This document shows, one piece after another, positions 24,071-35,388 of a DNA stretch of 64,000 nucleotides. The translations under genes were made by a program, and so were the position numbers. The stretch is from Nemertoderma westbladi (lineage: Eukaryota > Animalia > Xenacoelomorpha), in NCBI GenBank assembly GCA_032718475.1, contig JAUCBJ010004334.1:62001-126000 (forward strand), in the 5' to 3' direction. Each line of letters starts with the position of its first letter. Position 1 is the stretch's first letter. The notes beneath the pieces were generated by a model. That model had not been told where the DNA came from. It worked only from the letters and a program-made list of their open reading frames with translations, and did not search any database.

Positions 24071-25805
24071 ATAGTAAGTTTCATATTAAACTAAAGCCAA
24101 TACTATAATTTAAATACACAGAAATAACTAAAAATAATACTAAATATTATAACTAGGTTTAAACAAGCGATAAACGATTAGGCAGCCAGGAATACAAATA
24201 GGAATAATATAATAATAGGGATGAATACAGTATAATTAAAAGGTTAACCATGACTTGAAGCTGCCCCCCCCCCCCCCCTCCCTCCCCCCCACCCCATCCA
24301 CCCCTAAGCAGTCTCATCAAACTACCTGAAGTATTGCAGGAGTGTTCACATTGCACCAATCCAGATCAACTTGAGAAGAGAGACAAAGGGTAACTTTATC
24401 TATTTATTTTCCAGTTTTATTTTTCAGATTTATTTTTCAGGTCTTCTTCATGCTATCATATTAAGTATACCGTAAAAACTCTTAACCCAGTGGCTCCCTA
24501 CCGTAAGAAATGTACATATGCCAATTGTCAATATGTGCACCGCCTCGTCGGAATCCGAGTGGCCCACACCCGCCCAGGTGTGCCCACTGCGGATCTTCCG
24601 TAGAAACCAATTTGGTCAGGTCAAATCCAAACATTCACTGGAGATCACCAAATGGGGCGCTATGTGAAGTACCGTGCAGACATGATGATGATGATGAAAG
24701 CTTACAGATAGGGTGTCACACGAAAAATTTTGAATATTTAAAGGAATTGGGTTGCGGTAAAGCCATGATTAAAGCACTGTGTATAAATGCACAAAAAATA
24801 TTTTAAGCACTGCTGCTGTTGTGATTTCTACCGTTGGTGTTAGACAAGGCGCCCCAAGCAGCTGTATTTTATTTAGTATTTTTCTCAAAAGATGGTCATT
24901 ATGATTAGACAGGCTGTTGAGAGGGATGGGTTCATTGGTGTACTACATGTAATTATTTTAATGGATGATAATGTTATACTTTCTACTTCCAGAAAGGTCT
25001 ACTGTACTGTACTGTATAGTATACTGATTGCACAATTTTAATATTGTGTGCGGTCATCCTTGATATTAAAAAAATATAAGAGCCCGTATGGGCTCATATC
25101 AATCATATCAATCAAAGGGAGCTTAATTAATAATAACTGATATGGTGCTTAACTGAATTAAATTACAAGCTGTAGTAGATTTTGTAAAATTTTGTAAAAA
25201 AATTTTGTAAATTTTCAGGAAAGAAAATGAATGAGGACAAAACTAGATTTTTTGTTATTAACGGTGAGAAAAGTGATCAACTGCCATTAATTTTAGGGGA
25301 TTTTAAGAAAGATCACCATTTACAGCGAATACATTACTGTCCTCCGTTCTGGCACACCATGAAAAGCGATGCGTAGACGCCTCTAATAAATTTTTGATTT
25401 TTTATAAAGCAAACCCATCTATGCCCTTCATATACAAACGTAGTAGAGTTTTTGAGGCTTGTGTAGTCTCAAGTTTGTTGTATGCTTGCGAGACATGGTT
25501 GCTTGGCCGGCGCCAATGGGGTGCAAGGGATGCAGCGCACCCCCCAAAAAGTAAGAAAAGATCCGCAATTTGACGAATTTATTTTCAATGTGGACTCCAA
25601 TCTGGATTTTTTGTGTAATTCTTAAACCAAAAGAACACACAGTCACTTGAATCTGAATCTAATCACATTTCTGTCCATTTACTATTACTGGGTGTTACTT
25701 ACTTTCAGACTTTTGCAGAGGCGATGTGAGAAATGAATCGTCGGTTTCTGATTCTAAAATTGTATCATGAAAGGGAAGTTCGGTAAAAATACAGCTATTG
25801 CAGAG

Positions 25806-26934
25806 AATAGATAGATAGATTTATTTATACATTATGTAAAAACAATAACAAATACACCAAACAATGTACCGGTATAAAGGTATTGTCCAACATAACATAT
25901 AGGATTACCCCTAAAGCTTTGCAGCTTATTTCCAAGGGGGTCCTTTATGTTACTTGGTTACAAATACAATATTACACTACGCTAACCTAAAACCCATATA
26001 AAACGTAATTACAGTATGTACATGTACAACTTTACCGAGAGCGTGACAATGCCCGACTCAACGATAAAGATGTAATGTACAGAACAATTTATTATAAAAC
26101 GTAATTACAGTATAAATAGTAAATAATTAATAAACTAATAACTTACTGTAGGACTATTGTACCTATTTTTACATTGCACACGGAGATGAGATTTAACTGC
26201 AGATTTAAAAGAATGTTGATTATTTAGGTTTTTAATTTCATTAGGCAGAGCGTTCCAATTTTTTATGCCGTTAAAAAAGAAAGTATCAGATTCAAAGGAT
26301 TTACAATTCGGGAGGTAGAAGTTTGAAGCACTAGCTCTGGTACTGTAAGAGTGTGTATCGCGTACTCTGTTGAATTTTTGTTTTAGGTAATTGGGACATT
26401 TACCATTATACACTTTATGCACATGGTTAAGGCGTAGCTGCTTAACTCTACTATCTAAGTTAAGTAGTCCAGATTCAGAAAAGTCATCTGGAGTTAGGTG
26501 GTGCCTAGGTTTGTAGTCTTTAATAAATCGTACTACTTTATTCTGAGCTACTTGTAATTTACATTTAAGCTGTTTGGTTAAGCCTTCATACCAAGAAGAG
26601 CACGCATAGTCCATGTGACACTGTATTAAAGAAGAGCAAAGTAACTTGCGGGAGTCGGTGTTTAAACTATTTTTATTTCTGTAAAGAAACCTAAGCCTAC
26701 TGTTAACTTTCGAGAAAATACTTTTCACTATGCTTTCTCCTGATAAGCAGTTATCCAATGTGGCGCCTAAATATTTAACTTCCTTTTTATTTACAATCTT
26801 ATGTCCATTACTAGTGACTTCAAACTTAGTTACCTTCTTTAACTTTCTTTTGGAACCAAACAAAATACTTTCAGTTTTACCGTAGTGAATGGATAGCTTA
26901 TTATCAACCAACCACTCATTACAGGATTCTAGAA
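25806..26934 (-). mobile_element. CR1-group LINE family A, copy 3 (3' end, (TCTA)n tail)
   Basis: Near-identical to 40831-41953. Confidence 0.95.
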
Positions 26935-27409
26935 AACTTGGTTCAAGATTGTTTCTGGTGGAGAATAAATTACTGCGTTTCCTACGGTAACATTTTAAAT
27001 GTACAAATGTGTCACAACTCTCGCATTGGACGTTCTTACTCCGAGAGTTTGTTCCTCGTTGACAGACGGGACAGTTGATCTTCGGGGCCCGCGTCCTGCT
27101 GGGTCCTGGGTTGGTCTCAATATCCCCTGCCAGAGACAGTAGACCGAGTTTAGCGATTAGGCCTCTAGATCGTGGAGAGGAGACCCAAGATCTTCTTCCC
27201 CGACGAGAGCAGTAGAGGCTAAATCCACTCGTCGACCACATCTCCGTCGATTCGGCGCGGCAGTTCGAAACGGTAGCGACAGGGTGTTCCGCAAACCAGT
27301 CCAATACGGGTATTGGGTGGGTTGCAGGGTTACCCCGCGGATCAGATGGTTCTGCCACAACGAAACGACACAGAACTATGAAAACTGTGGAGATTAAGAG
27401 CGGGGACAT
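26135..27409 (-). CDS. Chimeric LINE ORF: hydrophobic N-terminus, 2A peptide, PHD-type finger and ORF2 C-terminus
   Basis: LLSLAGDIETNPGP (27101-27142) fits the 2A consensus GD(V/I)ExNPGP. It is followed by CPVC-x12-CESC-x4-H-x2-C and fused in frame to family A at 26934. Confidence 0.8.
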   Translation of the reverse strand: MSPLLISTVFIVLCRFVVAEPSDPRGNPATHPIPVLDWFAEHPVATVSNCRAESTEMWSTSGFSLYCSRRGRRSWVSSPRSRGLIAKLGLLSLAGDIETNPGPSRTRAPKINCPVCQRGTNSRSKNVQCESCDTFVHLKCYRRKRSNLFSTRNNLEPSFLESCNEWLVDNKLSIHYGKTESILFGSKRKLKKVTKFEVTSNGHKIVNKKEVKYLGATLDNCLSGESIVKSIFSKVNSRLRFLYRNKNSLNTDSRKLLCSSLIQCHMDYACSSWYEGLTKQLKCKLQVAQNKVVRFIKDYKPRHHLTPDDFSESGLLNLDSRVKQLRLNHVHKVYNGKCPNYLKQKFNRVRDTHSYSTRASASNFYLPNCKSFESDTFFFNGIKNWNALPNEIKNLNNQHSFKSAVKSHLRVQCKNRYNSPTVSY

Positions 27410-27502
27410 TGTGCTGTCTGGCTGTAGTCTGACTCAGGGATAAAAACTGTATAGGCCTAGTACCGGTATCTTTCTTGGTCTTATTGTCGGCAGGCCTACA
27501 GC

Positions 27503-28006
27503 TTAACTGAAAGTTATAAAAAGTGAAAATAAATAAAATAAAATAAATAAAAATAAAAATAACATAATTTTTGGAACTGCGCTCATGGGCAAAAATCCAA
27601 CCATGGCAATACGGGTGGCATTAGTGGGGTGCAGAAGGTCCTGAATATTTGTTTCATGCTCTAAAAGCTTATTTAAGTAACGAAACTCCTTTGTATAGTG
27701 CCCTGTGATAATAATAACATTCGCCTTTTTTACCAGTTCTAATTTTGTTATAAATCGAAGCCCTTTGAACACTTTTATAGGACTCCTGTAACTACCTCCG
27801 CGAAGTGTTATTTCCGGTTTTTCAGTGAACTTCCAACCCAATTCTAATCCAATGGTGCGAACACTTTGCACGATGATTAGTCGTGTTGATGTTGTTGCAT
27901 TCTGGACCTCGAATCTGTCCAGAATTTCTGTATTTGTTATTTCTTTTGATTCGTCGGGTCTTATGAATCTCTTCAAAAAGACATTAACTGTTGATGATGA
28001 CTCCAT
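27503..28006 (-). CDS. Hypothetical 167-aa protein, possible winged-helix DNA-binding domain
   Basis: ATG-initiated, non-repetitive ORF. VNVFLKRFI...ITNTEILDRF...RGG...KVFKGLRF resembles D5-primase C-terminal or RFX-like wHTH domains (by eye only). Confidence 0.3.
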   Translation of the reverse strand: MESSSTVNVFLKRFIRPDESKEITNTEILDRFEVQNATTSTRLIIVQSVRTIGLELGWKFTEKPEITLRGGSYRSPIKVFKGLRFITKLELVKKANVIIITGHYTKEFRYLNKLLEHETNIQDLLHPTNATRIAMVGFLPMSAVPKIMLFLFLFILFYLFSLFITFS

Positions 28007-28077
28007 TTACATATATGTGCAGTCGCAATTGCCAGAGGAATCTCAGTACGCAGATGACCTGGACTTTATTAGTACAG

Positions 28078-28220
28078 ATGATGCCATGCATTATATATAT
28101 GATGCCATGCATTATATATATGATGCCATGCATTATATATTTGATGCCATGCATTATATATATGATGCCATGCATTATATATATGATGCCATGCATTATA
28201 TATATGATGCCATGCATTAT
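28078..28220. repeat. 21-bp tandem repeat (GATGCCATGCATTATATATAT), about 6.7 copies
   Basis: Visible directly. It abuts a fragment of about 60 bp encoding QYADDLDF. Confidence 0.95.
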
Positions 28221-28659
28221 AATTTATCAAGTTGCCTACAGTACAATGCCATTAGCTAGTAAAATGCTGGTATGTTAAAATGTTACATGATATAAATACA
28301 ATGAACTAGTTGAACTTGGTTTCTGGTTTCTAGAAAACGTTTTTAATGTGATGGAAACAATAATAGCTTCAGTTGGTAATCCAAAGCAGCAGACCCTAAT
28401 CTTAAGTGTCATAATAACCCTAACATTAGTTGTTTTTTGAGAATTTTGCGAAATTTGCTTAGTGCATCGGCCAAAGCCAAACCGAAGGCCAAATCCCGAG
28501 AACTTGACTAATTGTCAAAGAGTAGTTGAATTTTTACTGTAGTTTGAAATTTTTTGTCAGTCTGGTAAACATAGTACAAAGTTTAAATATAGTAGAGAAG
28601 CTTAGTGAAGCTTAGTGAAACTAAAAGTTGGTTACATCGCTTAGCAATAAGAATAGGAC

Positions 28660-29092
28660 AATTATCTGATACTAACTTCAGAATCAGGGGTTGGTAGAAT
28701 GGACCCAATAAAAATACTAACTTCAGAATCAGGGGTTGGTAGAATGGACCCAATAAAAATAGATGCATCTATTCGGTAAACATTGCTGACCTGCTGAACT
28801 GTGCCTTGACCTCTTGTGATTGAATGAGGTCTTGTATGCGTTTCGACATCACCTTGAAGATGATTTTCAATTATCATATTTTGAAATTTGGAAACTGTTC
28901 CAACCAAAATTGCATGTTGTGGAATATTGGGAATTCATTAATTGTTCAACTCAACATCCTTGTATTAAGCATTATTTTCATTAAGAAATTGAAGAACTCG
29001 CATAAATATGTCTTTACGCACTGTGATGTGCTGCTTTGCAATAAGTTCTTGTTGTTTTGTGAGTTGGCTAGCAAATACAATTCCCAATGATT
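28660..29092 (-). mobile_element. Decayed Helitron/Helentron Rep-helicase N-terminal fragment
   Basis: ITVRKDIFMRVLQFLNENNA*YKDVEL matches the VRxxxxxxxLxWLxxNNxxYxD motif upstream of Helitron Rep. Contains stops and a 45-bp duplication (28669/28714). Confidence 0.45.
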
Positions 29093-29905
29093 CTAGTTAG
29101 TTAGTTAGTTGATTATTGACCACATTACAAAGACACAGAAAGCAATTATTGTACAATTTTTTTAACAAATACCAGAAAAACAAATATATAATGGTCCACA
29201 AAGTAAAATTACATATCATATCAGTAAAACTACATTTTATACAATTACGGTACACAAACAATAGAAAAATAATTGTTAATCAAAATTATTTCATTCGTCC
29301 AGGTACGTGGATTGTAATACAAACTGAGGTGAAATCGAACGAAGGGTTTCGGTTAATGGGCACTCTAAGTAGTACATGTCTCTCATCTTTACAGATACTT
29401 TATCGTATTTACATACGCGTAGATGTCGAGGTACTCTGCTCCAGCGACCCTTTTCTATTGCGAGGTTGTGTGACATCATTCTAGTATGGGTGAAGGCGAT
29501 TCTACCATATTCTGGAACAAAATGAGAGATAAGATTGTATACAGGGTGTGGTTTTAACAGGAGATTCATTTCTGTGGAATATGTTAGGAATTTTGTGGTG
29601 CTAGCAGGTTTGTTTCTGACCAATTCCTGTAGTTTAATAATGAAGTTGCTTGGGGTTGTATCCTGACTGTTCTGTAAGATTCTAATCACAGGGGTATTCA
29701 TAGCTGCACATACCCCTTTCACTACTGAGTAAGGTCCATGGTTCTTTGTTACAAAACGTCTCGGAGCTGTTTCAATACACCATATCAACGGCGGCAGACC
29801 AGCCTCGATTAAATAGATTTCATTTGGTGTTTGTGATCTCATACCCAACATTACTTTTACCATACGCATATAGTAGCGGTTAATCTCTCTAATGTTCTGG
29901 GTCAA
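29093..29905 (-). mobile_element. 3' end of a non-LTR retrotransposon with (TAAC)n tail
   Basis: ORF 29291-29905 with MLGMR.QTPN...EAG and SHNLAIEKGRWSRVPRHLRVC. Tail at 29093-29111. Confidence 0.75.
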
Positions 29906-30325
29906 TCATGCATGGCCAGCGCCAGGATTTTTCTTCAGGGGTGCATATGTTGAAAAAGGGAACCTTTTTTGTTACCATGGAAACAAAATTTTACACATTG
30001 CTGCATTGCACCCACCAGTATCAGTTTAGGAAACAAAATGAATATGAGTATGATGAGTATACTTATTCTTGGCATTGAGACTGTGAGATTGCGAGACTAT
30101 ATATTATGAAGGTAAAATGGCAAGCGAAGTGAGTCTAGAAACTTTCTAACTTTATATCAGATAGTTATAAACTAGTTAGAACGAAGTGAACCCAACACTA
30201 TTAAATGATACTAAACTAGTTTCGACTACTTTTTTAATACATCGGCTCCATGTCAACGGACTTTACTCTGAAATACTTACTAACACGTTCAAATTAATAA
30301 ACTTAAAAAATACTTAAAAATCTTA

Positions 30326-33300
30326 CTAAGGTCCTAACACGGAGATAGATTGGAGAGCGACATGTAGATGAGTTAGAGGAATTACTAGTTTACCTGAGGC
30401 GGACGATCGGGTGTTGTAATGATGAAATTCAGATGATTTAGAAAATAGAGTCGATAAAGGGTGATTTGTATTTGATAAAGCATCAAAAAGTAGTTGGCCT
30501 AAGTGAAATTTAAATAGAGATTCAAGGGGGAGAATATTTAATGATCTGTAAATAGGGATAGAGGAAGCTTGGTAGTGGCTAAACGTTATGCAGCGAATTA
30601 TTTTATTAATTTTTATTCTAAGCGGGCGTATTGTCGTTGTATGTGTGGAACCCCATGCTAATATAGAGTATGTAATATACGGATGAACGAGACAGAAGTA
30701 GAGTGTGCGAAGAATTTCAAGGGGAAATATGTGCCTTAATTTATAAAAAATGCCTGATGTTTTGCAAATTTTAGCGAGGATATAATTAATATGTGATTTC
30801 CAATTTAGTTTTCGGTCCATCAATACACCTAGAAATTTCGCACACTCCACCTGTTTAATATTATTGTTTTTTATTTTTATTTTCGGTAAGCAGTCGTGCC
30901 GTTGATTACTAGATATGAAATATTCTGTTTTAGTTAGGTTTAGTGATAAGCGGTTGTCGACTAGCCAATCAGAGATCTTGTCTAGCTCGTAGTTAGCAGT
31001 AGTAATTAGTAGTTCAAGATATTTGTGGCTATGAAGAAGGGTTGTGTCATCAGCGAAGAGGGTGGTCAGAAGGTTAGACGCGTTAGGTAGATCATTAATA
31101 TATAGTAAGAAGAGTAGTGGTGATAATACCGAACCTTGGGGAGTGCCATAACTCAGATGCAAAGGCGGTGAAAGACAGTTATTTAGAGAAACAGATTGTG
31201 ACCGGTTTGATAAAAAGCTTTGAAATACATTTTTTGGTGTTCCGCGGATTCCATATGTATCTAATTTTTTTAATAAAATGTTGTGATCTAATGTATCGAA
31301 TGCTTTTTTCAAGTCGAGATAGATAGCAAAGGCTGAGTTTTTAGAGTCCAGTATAGATCGAATTTTTTCAGTAACCGTTAATATGGCATATGATGTTGAT
31401 ATTTTTTTCCTGAAGCCGAACTGTCGTGATGTTAAAATTGAAAAGTGTTCGAGGTAGTTTTGAAGTTGGGAATATATAATTTGTTCATAAATTTTGCTAA
31501 ATACCAGTAAGAGAGAAATTGGGCGATAGTTATTTGGATCGAGTGGATCACCCCCCTTATAGTTTGGTATAATTTTAGCATATTTTAGGCAATCAGGAAA
31601 GTTTCCAATAGTAATAGATAGGTTAATTAAGTAAGTAAGGTGGTGAGCAAGTGGTTCAGCAATGGTTCTTAGAAGTTTAGAAGGAACGTTATCATTAGTA
31701 GCGGAGTTTGTATTTACATGTAGTATCAAGTAGTGGATTTCCGGGACAGTAGTGGGTACTAGAGAGAATGATTTAGAATTATAGCTACGGATGTGTCAGG
31801 TAGGTGATCATACTGGGCGGGGCATACAACGTTCTAATTTTGAGCCTATAGAACTGAAATGCTCATTTAATGTGGAGGCAATTTTAATAGGGTCATTTGT
31901 TGTTTTGATGCCGTCGCTCGTAATAAAATTCATCTTAGTTGCATTGCCGATTTTTTGGATTTATGTAGAACAGAATTAATAACAGCCCAGGTTTTGCGCA
32001 TGTTGCCTGTTTTTATTAAATTGTGACTCATAGTACGATTTTTCTGCAGCTTTTAATATTGTATTAAGACCGTTTTTATATTTTTTGTAATTTGATCCGT
32101 TATATGCTGTTGGAATTTTTAAAAATTTGGAGAAAAGTCTGTTCTTTTTTTTAATACATTTTAATAAGGCTTGAGTTATCCATGGTTTGTGTGTCATCTT
32201 CCTTTTCGGTATAAATTTTTTTGGTAGGTGTTTATTACATATTTTTTCAAAATATTGGTAAAAAGTGTTCGAATTTTGATTCATTTGGAATATCTTGCGA
32301 TCTGTATGAGCTCATTGGAACCTATTGGAAGTCAAATAAAAAGTCTGTGGCCTTAAATTTTGAGTAGTCATAGGTTGTTATTTTTTTGGGTTGTTCAAAA
32401 AATGCTGAGAACTCCTGAAAAATTGCAAAAGTTGCTAAATGGTCCGTTGTGCCATACTCAGATAAAAAGACTCCTGAGCTGTTTATGCATGTCGAAATAT
32501 TTGTAATTATATGATCCAGGGTAGAGTTTGCTCCAAAGACTATACGTGTAGGTTGTTTTATAAGCTGAGTAAATCCGTAAGAGGATATTGTCTTAAGATA
32601 TTGGGAACTTTCCTTGGTTATTTTGTTAAGGTTTACGTTAAAATCGCCAGCAAGTACAATATCAACATTTAGATTAGAGATGGATAACAAAAGTTTATCG
32701 AAAATTTCATGGAATGTATTAAAATTAACAGATGGTGGTTTGTAGATTATACCTACTAAGAGATTTTTATTGCTATTTGTTTTAATTTGAATCCACTTGT
32801 TTTCAATTCCGTCGACTTTTAATTCAGGTTTTTCCAGAAAATTTATGTTGTCTTTGATGTAGTAGCCTACGCCCCACCCAGTACCGGTCTTTCTTCCGCT
32901 CGGCCGGGCTGAAAAGAAGGGGCCGGCATATCCTTCTATTTGTAGTTTACTTAAGTCTTCATTCTCGCCTACGAGAGTTTCTGAAAAAGTTAGCATATCG
33001 AAATCATGTTCTAATGTACTTAAAATATCGGTAGTTGGTGATAGATTTCGGTTTAAACTCCTACAGTTGAGGTGGAAAATAGAAAAGTTAGGTTTAGAAT
33101 TTATCAACTGAATTTCATCATTGAACCCGTCGTCAGTATAGTATTCGCTATACCTGGCGGTGTTTAAGATATGTATATCAGGGTCTATTGAACTAAATTT
33201 TGGATTGGTAATGTCGCTGTTAAAATCGGAAATAATTGTCGAGGATTCAAATATATCGTCGTCGTCTGAAGAAATAGTTGTAAAAGGGAAAATATCATAA

Positions 33301-33420
33301 TAACAATGCATACAATAATGACCAGAAAAAGATTTGGATCCATATAATTCATTGAATTCAGCAATAGTCAGGTGAGAACCGCATGGTAGGTGGAACCAAT
33401 TTCTACATAAAATACAGTGA
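30326..33420 (-). pseudogene. LINE ORF2 (PHD remnant, endonuclease, RT), frameshifted
   Basis: Pieces 32322-33311 (IFPF, IDPD, HLNCRS, FSET, GDFN, LDH, TDH), 31976-32284 (KPWIT) and 30326-31729 (NYRPIS, DLKKAFD, GTPQGS, FADD). Confidence 0.92.
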
Positions 33421-34619
33421 ATGGGAATATCAGAAGGGACAAACTGTGAGTAGCAAAATGTGCATGAGGAACACGTTCGTGGGGCCTTCGCGCAGCACGA
33501 GGCCCAGTTATTAGATACAAATTAAAATTGAGCGACTGTATCACAAAATCAGGTTTTGAGAAATTTACCCACACCACCAATCAATCAAAGAAAGGGGGAC
33601 AGTACGTGTTCACCCCTTTTAATCCCCCCCCCCCCCCCCCCAACCTTCCCAACCACCAATACATAACCGGGACATCTACCACCCACGGAAGGGTAGCACG
33701 AACTTATTTCCAATCGCACGTTAAATATGCAAAGCCAGGTGGTTTATAGGAATATAATAAACGCAGTACTCGTTTTCATTATAAGCCTCTTTGCGTTCGT
33801 CCTGTTTTGTATTTAAATATATTTCTTAAACGCAGGCTGACGATATTTATAATAATAATAACTAGGGATGCGATCAATATGTGAAGCCAGGTGGTTTATA
33901 TAATAATTTAGTCAACGAGGTACTCGTCTTCATTATATGCCTCGTTGCGCTCGTCGCTTGTCCTGTTTTGTCATAAAATATTTTTCCTAAACGCAGACTG
34001 ACGATCTTTATACAGTTATAACTATGCGAAGTTTCGAAACTGTGCGATACATCTATGTGGAGATGTGTGATATGTGGAGATGTGTGATACAACGCCAACG
34101 CATCTTATGCCGATGTAGTAATATGGGTATTGAAATAATATTAAATCAATGTACACTCTTAAAGCTGCAGCGAAAAAATGTAGCTAATTTCCTAGGTTAC
34201 ATATAAAATAATAATATTATTTTTAAGAACATTAATTTTACTACTTTGCAAAAATTCAATTAAAAAATAACCAGACATATACATTGTGGAATAAACTATT
34301 TCAGATAAGCCTACACAACAGCCATGCCATGGATGGTATTTATGTTATTATATCTGTCATTTACCTGAGATGGCAATACAACACTTATAGTAGAGTCAAT
34401 ACAGGAAGGATGTTGGAATGCTGCCTGGGCTGGAATAGCAATACTGGTTGCCTATTACAATTTCTCTCTGGTTAGTCTACAGCCACAACTCCAAGCTAGC
34501 TCCACACCAGCAGAGACTTGACCAATAATCATTCCCAGCAACTAGCTAGCTGCCTTACACACACATCCTTCCATCGTACCAGCATGTTAGCCAATAAATG
34601 AGCAGTATTTAATGAGAAT

Positions 34620-35053
34620 CAATTTTTTATGACGTTTTAATTACTTTAGATCAATTAAAGACACAATTAATAAAGCAAATCACTTGAACTAATTAAAAAC
34701 TATAATAGAATGGCGTATGTGGATTACATCTGTATAATTTTTAAGTATAATTATTTAAATCTTATACTGTAAAACAATTAATTTCCTTTAACAGGCAGGT
34801 TGAAAATGGTATTTTTACCGTAATCAACTTAATTAACTAATTAACTGCTATTATCTTAGCTTCTCGAAGGCCACACGGAAATTCTACTTGGAAAATTTCT
34901 AAACTTTTGCCAAACAACATGTGTACCAAGTTTGGATAGATTTCATCAAAGATTGGCTGAGTTATTAACGTTTAAAATTGGACGCGACAGAACGACAGGT
35001 TGATTAATGGTACCACTACGCTAAGGCTCACTCACTTCGTGGCTCGCCCCACA
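34620..35053 (-). mobile_element. Interspersed non-coding repeat (DINE-1/Helentron-like), copy a
   Basis: Diverged inverted homolog of 42721-43215, sharing blocks such as GTGTGGCCTTCGAGAAGCTAAGATAATAGCAG. The class call is tentative. Confidence 0.6.
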
Positions 35054-35388
35054 GGGGGAAGGGGGAGGGGGAAGGGACAGGATTCTTGTAATTGGGATAG
35101 ACATGACAGTTTAATTTATCTCCTACTGGAACGGACCATACATTACATATATATAGATAATATATCTGTACTTCAATACTCAATTAAAAATACGATTTCT
35201 TAGAATGGCAGACATTTTACAGTTGTTCTAAATTTGATTTCCTTAGTAATATCCCTCACTTGGTTCATTATTATTAAAATTCCTTACTCAGATCTTCTTT
35301 CTTAATTAAATTATTTAATTAATTAATTCATTAATATAAAAATACATTGTACCTAGCAGACCGTGCGTCCGTTAACAGCTTGCTTCCT

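Larger units (their letters stand above)
18261..24696 (+). mobile_element. Apparently full-length RTE-clade LINE, 6436 bp
   Basis: 12-bp TSD AAAGCTTACAGA at 18249-18260 and 24697-24708. (ATG)n tail. Empty site at 38845-38856 (reverse complement). Intact EN-RT ORF. Confidence 0.93.
17900..25000 (+). mobile_element. Old decayed non-LTR RT fragment (17900-18260 and 24697-25000), split by the RTE insertion
   Basis: Frameshifted KGNKLDCNN.RGISIMD, CQAGAQ, FIDYSKAY|.RV, GVRQGAPSSC and LMDD motifs. An uninterrupted inverted copy lies at about 38555-39205. Confidence 0.8.
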
